A DNA stretch of 64,000 bases from Klebsormidium nitens. Its lineage: Eukaryota > Plantae > Klebsormidiophyceae. Location of the stretch: the NCBI GenBank assembly GCA_000708835.1, contig DF237240.1, positions 43,697-107,696 on the forward strand. The letters run 5' to 3'. A program made the translations under genes and the position numbers. Under the pieces are notes generated by a model. That model had not been told where the DNA came from. It worked only from the letters and a program-made list of their open reading frames with translations, and did not search any database. Position 1 is the first letter of the stretch, and each line of letters begins with the position of its first letter. Shown piece by piece: positions 57,601 through 64,000 of this stretch.

Positions 57601-60600
57601 CGCGGGGGCCGAGATCGACCGGGTGGTGCAGGAGCGGCCGGGGCTGTTCTTTGTCCACTTTCGCGCGCCCCAGCCCACGTGTTGCATCGCGGGCAGGCGC
57701 CACACGTCCCCAGGCAACCAGAACCCGTACCTGATCTACAAGCGAGACGAGCCGCGCATCGCCCGCTACCAGTGCTTTGCCAACAGCTGCAGGTAAGGCG
57801 CCCTTGTAGTGAGCCGAAATCTGAAAAGCGCCCAGCATGGCTCGGTCGACAATCTGCACTGGTCGCTCTTTACATGCGAGATTAGAAGGTGGTGCAGATT
57901 GTCGGGCTCTTTCAAGGTTGACCAGCTCAGCAAATTGGAGAAGCATCAAGCATGGCCGTGGGCTGTCAACTTGCACAAGGGTCTCTACACCGAAGCCTCT
58001 TAAACCAATGCAGATTGTCAAGCTCTTTGAAAGCTTCTCTGAACCTGGTCTTAGCAGTTTTAGAGAAGCGGCAAGCATGGCTCGGCCGTCAATCTGCACA
58101 GGCCGTTCTTTACATTCATGCTTGTAAGTCGGTGCATTTTGTCAAGTTCTTCGAATTGGATCGGCTCTGTACTCCACGAAAGCGCACGGCATGGCTTGGC
58201 CGTCAATCTGCACATGCCGTTCTTTACATTCATGCTTGTAAGTCGGTGCATTTTGTCAAGCTCTCCAAGTTGGATCGGCTTTGTACTTCAGGACGGCATG
58301 TTTTGGCCGTCGATATGCACAGGTTGTTCTTCACATTGAAACTTAGATGGTACTATTCTCAAGGCCAAAGTCAGGTTTCAGGCATTTTCAAGGCCACGGT
58401 AAGGTTGCTTTTGCTACGCTGTGGGCCTGGTTGCGGGTCTGTTGTGGACTTAGGTTCAAGGCTGCGGTCAGGCTAGTTGGGGGGGCGCGGTCGCGCTTTT
58501 GTTGAGGCGTGGTGAGGCTGAATCGGGAAGGCTGTAGTCAGGCTGTAGTCAAGCTTCTGCGGGCCGCGTTTGAAGACGCAAACCCGGCTAATTTAAGGGC
58601 CTCGATCAAGCTCTCTTGAGGGCGCATCAGACTGGATTCGGCTGACTGGTGTGACCGACATTACGACACCCTGCATGGTGTTAGGTGCTTGGGCTGTTGT
58701 TGAGAGCGCCTCTTGTTCCCTCTTTGCAGGGGCGAGTGCCGCGTGCTGCCCCTGGACATCCTCACCACGCTGGGATGGACCGAGGACTACGAGGAGAACC
58801 TGGGAATGCGCCCCTACCCCGCGTTCAAGCTCGCTCACGTGCGCAAGCGAACCATCCTGATTTCGGCCAAGAAGGGGGTCGGAAAGTCGAAGGCTTTCAT
58901 GGAGTGGCTGGTGGCCATGGTTAAGCTGAACCCCGGCCTCTCCTTCGTCCTGATCGGGGCCAACATCTCGCTGTCCCGCAAGTACCATCAAGATCTGGTG
59001 GACGCGGGCGTGGAAGGCGTGGTGCTGTACCTGGAGGCGCCCCCAGGGCCAATCACTGCCTCTCGTGCCGTGGTCTGCATCAACTCCATTCACCGCGTGC
59101 GCGCCAAAATGGACGTCGTGGCAATGGACGAGATGGACATGGTGCTCACCAACCTCAACTCTGAGGTCATGAGCCAACGGGGCCGGGTGCTGTCCTGCTT
59201 GGAGGCGGCTGTGGCGGGGGCGAAAGTCGTCATCGGCATGGACGCCAACATCGACTGCGCGCGGGTGATGGAGTACCTGTTCATGGCGCGGCCGGATGGG
59301 GTCCTCCACACCATTCGGAACAGGGGCCTGTACCCGGCCAAGCGGCAAGCGACCATCCGGATCTTTCCGCCAGGGAGCGGGCTGCTCGACTGCATCGGCG
59401 CCGCAGTACGGGATGTGCTGGACAGGGTCGCTCGAGGCACGAAAGTCGTCGTGAGTTCTTCTTAAGACCCTCCTGGCACTAAGAAGCCTTATGCACAGCG
59501 CGCTCGATTTCATCCCTGTGATCTTCTCAAGCACAATGAGAGAGCGTCTATGTCCAAGGTATAAGGCAAGTCATGCGAAGCATCTTCTCTGCATATTCAC
59601 CTTGTGGCTTTGGGGATAGGTGTAGCATGGAGTAGCTGTTTCTGTGCACTCCACCTATGATGGGAGCCTAGTGAGCACTGTCTTGCCAAACATGACACAA
59701 TTTGTCTTTTGAGGCCGTTTTGGGGGGCAGCTCTGGTGAAAGGCCGGTTCGGGGGATAGTTATAGGGCCAATTTTGATGAGGGTCAGTTTGGAGCCATTT
59801 TTTGGGGCCAGTTTCAAATTGAGTGTACGCCAGTGCGAACGGGTCTCTGTAAGGAACGATCGCATCAGCTGCTTTTGCCTTAGGTCTTTACGTTCTAAAA
59901 GCTGACGACCGTGCTCTCGACTCTTGTTGCGCAGTGCCCGTCGACCTCCAAGCGCTTCGTGAAACACCTCGAACACGATTTCAACGTCGAGAACCCACCT
60001 TCCGAGTCCGATCGACGCGGCGTCTTCCTGCACGCCGACAAGAGGTCGAAAGCCGACGAGGAGTTCTTCCAGAAGGCGATGGCCGACCCGGACACCTACT
60101 TGGAAGCGGACTGTGTGGCTTTCTCTCCAAAGCTCGGCCCGGGTGTCTCGAAAGAGAAGCCGTATGCTGAGGAGACGGTCGCCTTCGCCCTCAACAACCT
60201 CAACGGCCCTGCCGTTGAGACGCTGCTCCAGCAGCATGCTCGCTTCAGGACGGTCACTAACTCCACCATCTACTACAAGCAGGCGGTGAGCACTGCAGTG
60301 GACCTGCCGCGCTCTACTGAGGCGGTCTTTCAAGCCATCGAACGGGACGACAAGCAGATTGTCAAGATGCTCGGCGACGCAGCCGGCTTCCAGTTCCTGA
60401 GGGGTTCGCAGGGTATCTGCGACCGCTCCTCCGCGAGCTGCGTCTTGTACGCAAACAACATCCTCGCCAAGGTCGAAAGCTATCTGGAGTACGTGCCAAA
60501 GCTGAAGGCCGACCTCGAAAAGCAGGGCTACGAGGTGACGGTCGAGCACGTCGAGCCAACGGTGAGGGTGCCGAGTAGTGAGGCGAAAAACTGGAAAGCG

Positions 60601-62816
60601 CCCGGCATAGCTCGGTCGACAATCTGCACAGGTTGTTCTTTACATTCCAGTCTATTAGGTGGTGCAGATTGTCAAGCCCCTCAGGTGGCCCTTACAGTTG
60701 CAATGATCAAGTACTAGGCTTGAGTAGGGTTAAGCTAATGGACTGCTTTTGGGCCGCGGTCAGCGTGATCTTGGGGCAAGGTCAGGCTGGTTTGGCGTCT
60801 GCTGTGGGCATTGGTTTTGGTCGGGTGTGGGCTTGGGTTCGGGGCACGGTCAAGCTGTTTTGGGGTGGGGCTTCAGGCTGATTTGTGGCCGCGGTGAGGC
60901 TGGTTCTGTGTTTGCTGTGGGTCTGGTTCCGGGGCAGATTTCGGGGCCGTTAATAAGCAAACTTGGGGCGCAGTCAGGCTGATTTTGAAAGCGCGTTTAG
61001 GCTGGTTCGAGTCTGCTGTGGGCCTGGATTTGGGACTACTTAAATTGGAGCCGCGATCAAGTTGGTCTTTGAGGCGCGGTCNNNNNNNNNNNNNNNNNNN
61101 NNNNNNNNNNNNNNNNNNNNNNNNNNNNNNNNNNNNNNNNNNNNNNNNNNNNNNNNNNNNNNNNNNNNNNNNNNNNNNNNNNNNNNNNNNNNNNNNNNNN
61201 NNNNNNNNNNNNNNNNNNNNNNNNNNNNNNNNNNNNNNNNNNNNNNNNNNNNNNNNNNNNNNNNNNNNNNNNNNNNNNNNNNNNNNNNNNNNNNNNNNNN
61301 NNNNNNNNNNNNNNNNNNNNNNNNNNNNNNNNNNNNNNNNNNNNNNNNNNNNNNNNNNNNNNNNNNNNNNNNNNNNNNNNNNNNNNNNNNNNNNNNNNNN
61401 NNNNNNNNNNNNNNNNNNNNNNNNNNNNNNNNNNNNNNNNNNNNNNNNNNNNNNNNNNNNNNNNNNNNNNNNNNNNNNNNNNNNNNNNNNNNNNNNNNNN
61501 NNNNNNNNNNNNNNNNNNNNNNNNNNNNNNNNNNNNNNNNNNNNNNNNNNNNNNNNNNNNNNNNNNNNNNNNNNNNNNNNNNNNNNNNNNNNNNNNNNNN
61601 NNNNNNNAGCCTGGTTTGGCGGCTATTTGTGAGGTCCTTAGAACTTGCAGAGCATAACGTCTTTTGAGGAGTCGACATTTGGGGCTCACCCCGCCACCGG
61701 ACTGTGTTTGCTTCCGTGGAATGATCGGACGTCCCACCATTTCCTTTTCCAGGACGGCGTCGGGAGCCCGCCCCCGGAGGTGCCCCTCGGCTTCGACGCG
61801 GAGCCAGAGCTCCTGACGGCCGAAGAGTGGCGAGCGAAGTACATCATCAGCTCGGAGCAGTACGAGATCCTGTGCGAAAGGCCTGAGGACCTGAGCCCAA
61901 AGGAGCAGCTCCAAGAGTTTCTGTTCGAGATGGTCACGAAGGAGTACAAGGTCGACCCCAACCGGGTTGATCACGACTTCTACACCCGCTTTTGCGCTGA
62001 CGAGGACGAGGCGAAGGCGACAAGAGAGGCCCACGCAAACTATCTCAGGTAAGCGCCTCATTCCAGCTGTGCCCCGTCTCTGGAGCAAGAATCGAAGCCC
62101 TCTTGCCGCCATCAACTTATGTCCAAAGTGAACGATTAGTGAACTTCAAGTCTGCAGCATTTGTCCAGAGCCAAGGTTTCCGCTCATCTTTCTTCTTCAG
62201 CAGCAATGACGTCGTACGTCCGAAGTCTCATGTTTTTGCTGTCCCTCTGACGCTTCTCGTGACTTGCAGGTTTCGTGAGCACCGCTTCGATGCCCTCGTC
62301 GCGGACCTGGACAGAGCACTTGGGCATGCCAACGAGGAGGGCGTGGTTCAGGAGTACGTTCAGGAAATGCGCGACCCTGCCAACCGTGTGCCGTTTGCGG
62401 TGCGCGTGCTTGCCTTCCTCCTTGAATGCAGGGAGGAGCAGCTGAATCATGAGGCGGAGCGGTGGGAGGTCTCGGAGGAGCGCGTGCAGGCTGCCTATGC
62501 GGAGCACATCGGGCCCAGCAAGACCCGGTTGAAAACCATCTTCAACCTGTACGGTTTTGTGCAGCAGACCTCCAGACCCTCGCAGGCTGCAGATGGAAAG
62601 GTGAGGGAGAAGAAAGCTCAGAAACGGAATGCAGTAGGGAACGTGCTCAGAGCGGGCCTCGGGATCGAGCTCCATATGGGCTCGAGGAGCGGCGGCAAAT
62701 TCAAGCATCCCCACGTGTTGACGCCCGCCATCTGGTTGAGTCTGCATGAGCGGTACGGTTGGTTCAATCCGGAGACGGTTGCTAGGGAGGAGTGCATGAT
62801 CGATCCAAGAAGGTAG
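51681..62816 (+). CDS. Intron-rich primase-helicase fusion: Cys/His finger, linker, PrimPol/NCLDV-herpes-type AEP, UL52-type zinc finger, UL9-like SF2 helicase (>=1827 aa; 5' end upstream or in the gap)
   Basis: Exons: 51681-51807, 52057-52200, 52388-52474, 52715-52780, 53089-53231, 53699-53812, 53982-54112, 54306-54536, 54581-54619, 54753-54822, 54904-54994, 55180-55258, 55512-55695, 56006-57792, 58730-59450, 59935-60561, 61753-62048, 62270-62816. All are GT-AG and phase-compatible (5484 nt). AEP motifs: RIYFDLD, KYSVH, WDGSVYGQHRCFRMLRSSK. Finger: CCIAGRRHTS..N..YQCFANSC. Helicase motifs: SAKKGVGKS, AMDEMD, IGMDAN, VVCPST, CVAFSPKLGPGVS, QQHARFR. The core (56006 onward) is high confidence; the small 5' exons are less certain. 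Confidence 0.85.
53410..53465 (+). repeat. Single palindromic unit (11-34-11) in an intron
   Basis: GTCAATTTGCA-N34-TGCAAATTGAC, a perfect inverted pair. Confidence 0.9.
57848..58319 (-). repeat. Four palindromic units plus a half-site, in reverse orientation, in the intron between the primase and helicase exons
   Basis: Arm pairs at 57848/57893 (34-nt spacer), 57965/58009 (33), 58088/58133 (34) and 58202/58247 (34). The flanking AAAAGCGCCCAGCATGG is the reverse complement of the CCATGCCGGGCGCTTTT trailer seen in the 50.6-kb array. Confidence 0.9.
58370..58660. repeat. Degenerate G/T-skewed minisatellite (GCGGTCAGGCTG/TTTGGGG-like) in a helicase-gene intron
   Basis: Recurrent GGTCAGGCT, GGTGAGGCTG and GTCAAGCT words. 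A similar sequence occurs at 60720-61081. Confidence 0.6.
60618..60673 (-). repeat. Single palindromic unit (11-34-11), reverse orientation, in an intron
   Basis: GACAATCTGCA-N34-TGCAGATTGTC, preceded by AAAGCGCCCGGCATAGCTCGGTC. Confidence 0.9.
60720..61081. repeat. Degenerate G/T-skewed minisatellite running into the second gap
   Basis: Recurrent GCGGTCA(G/A)GCTG, TTTTGGG and GCTGTGGG words, related to 58370-58660. Confidence 0.6.
61082..61607. other. Assembly gap (526 N)
   Basis: Run of N inside a helicase-gene intron; it could hide an in-phase exon. Confidence 1.
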
Positions 62817-63073
62817 TGATTCATAGGCATTGTGGACAGTGCGCCAGGTGAAGAGTCGATCAATTTGCATCGCAGTGCGTGAATAGCGTCTTAGAAGGCC
62901 ATATTTATTATTGGTCTTAAGATTTATTGGAGCGATAAGGCAGATACAAAATTCAAATAAGATTGAAGGATGTCGCAATGAGACTGGCCGCCTGTGCTCG
63001 TTTGACTTTGCCCTGAAAGCACGCAGTGCTCTACTTTGTGACATGCATTGTTCTGAATGGTACGAGCTAAGCC

Positions 63074-63621
63074 GTCAATATGCACTGCTGTGGAAGCTTC
63101 GTTGTATAGCATCATGGTGCAAATTGACCCCCACCTTCGAACCAAACCGGGCACTTTGTGTTGGTTTTAGCGCATAGCTTGAAGCCGTCAATTTGCGTTG
63201 TTGTGAAGGCTTCTTTGTATAGCACGATGGTGCAAATTGACGGGCGTTCCCTCTAACCATGCCGTGCGCTTTTTACAGCGATGTTGTACTTGGATAGGTA
63301 GGAAGCCGTCAATCTGCACTGCTGTTAAGGCTTCTTTGTATAGCACAGATGGTGCAGATTGACGGAGGCCCCTTTGAACCATGCCGTGCACTTTAGTGGA
63401 TGGTAAATCCTGGTATATGCAGCCGTCAATTTGCCCCCTGGATAAGGTTTTGCTTGTTTAGCATGACGGTGCAAATTGACAGCCGCCGGGGGCCCCTCTC
63501 CAAAAGATCCGACCAGGCCAATTACTTCCTCAAATGGTGTCGTAAGATATAGTACGAACTCGTCAATATGCATGTGTGATGTGAAGACTTGCTTGTATAG
63601 TATATGATGGTGCAGATTGAC
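63074..63621 (+). repeat. Five palindromic units downstream of the primase-helicase gene
   Basis: Arm pairs at 63074/63118 (33-nt spacer), 63187/63231 (33), 63308/63353 (34), 63425/63470 (34) and 63562/63611 (38). Confidence 0.9.
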
Positions 63622-63728
63622 TCAGGCCCAGGCTTTGTGTGGGCCCATATCATTCAAGCTCGCGGGTCGCATACATACTTAGGAAAGAGCTCCGCTGAAT
63701 ACATCAACCTCGGGCCTTGAACCCTCCA

Positions 63729-64000
63729 ATGGAGCAACTTCCAAATGGACGCATGCTATGTCGAGCTGTTGGAGTCAGCTTTGAAGGCCGCCAAGACCTC
63801 GTTCGCAAGCTCCGACCCGGCCAGGATCTCGTGCTTCGAAAGCATTCGGGGAACGAACATGACATATACGCCATCGCAATATTCGACCCGGCGGATCGTG
63901 AAACTCCGTTAGGATTTGTTGGACGTGACATCAAACATCATAGAGTGTTCGACCCAGTTCGTAAAGAGACAGAGATGCCAGCACGAGTGCACCGCATCAA
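63729..64000 (+). CDS. HIRAN-domain protein, 3'-truncated by the window end
   Basis: Open from ATG 63729 to the end: MEQLPNGRMLCRAVGVSFEGRQDLVRKLRPGQDLVLRKHSGNEHDIYAIAIFDPADRETPLGFVGRD. This matches the HIRAN pattern V-G-x-x-F/Y...L-x-L-x-R...N-x-H/Y-D-x-x-A-I...L-G-F/Y-V. It is absent from the ORF track because there is no stop in the window. Confidence 0.75.
   Translation, partial: MEQLPNGRMLCRAVGVSFEGRQDLVRKLRPGQDLVLRKHSGNEHDIYAIAIFDPADRETPLGFVGRDIKHHRVFDPVRKETEMPARVHRI

Larger units (their letters stand above)
50432..64000 (+). mobile_element. Virus-like or replicative mobile element region (primase-helicase gene, HIRAN ORF, element-specific palindromic sites); ends not identified
   Basis: The region holds an AEP-UL52 finger-UL9 helicase fusion, a HIRAN ORF, and a repeat family that is absent from the host-gene part of the window. 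No integrase, capsid, TIR or TSD was seen, so mobility is inferred. Confidence 0.55.

Noticed and set aside
57203-60549. Long minus-strand ORFs (57203-58099, 58593-59534, 59668-60549)
   Set aside because: Antisense shadows of the GC3-rich primase and helicase exons, with no motifs.

Overview
Eukaryotic, intron-rich, ~50% GC genomic DNA with two N gaps (51327-51680, 61082-61607). Gene content and splice style suggest a streptophyte green alga such as Klebsormidium; this is inference and was not verified. Bases 1-~49 kb hold mostly ordinary host genes: the last exon of a clade-E-like PP2C, a PPR protein, APC4, serine acetyltransferase, a histidine-phosphatase (PGM-like) protein, two MYND-finger proteins, a Fun30/SMARCAD1/CHR19 remodeller head-to-head with a BCP/Dot5-like peroxiredoxin, and two poorly resolved genes. 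From ~50.4 kb to the window end lies a virus-like module. (i) One + strand gene that I rebuilt by hand as 18 phase-compatible GT-AG exons (>=1827 aa, 5' end open). It encodes a Cys/His finger, a 2A-like motif, a long linker, a PrimPol/NCLDV-herpes-type AEP primase with a UL52-type zinc finger, and a herpes UL9-like SF2 helicase. (ii) A HIRAN-domain ORF running off the window end. (iii) About 17 paired copies, plus a few half-sites, of an 11-bp inverted-repeat pair with a nearly fixed 33-34-nt spacer, confined to this module's introns and 3' flank. Other oddities: tandem 'echoes' of splice junctions in three host genes, a foldback-like element with 21-nt repeats, and purine-pyrimidine-alternating tracts at convergent gene junctions. 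All exon models are manual predictions; no database searches were run.
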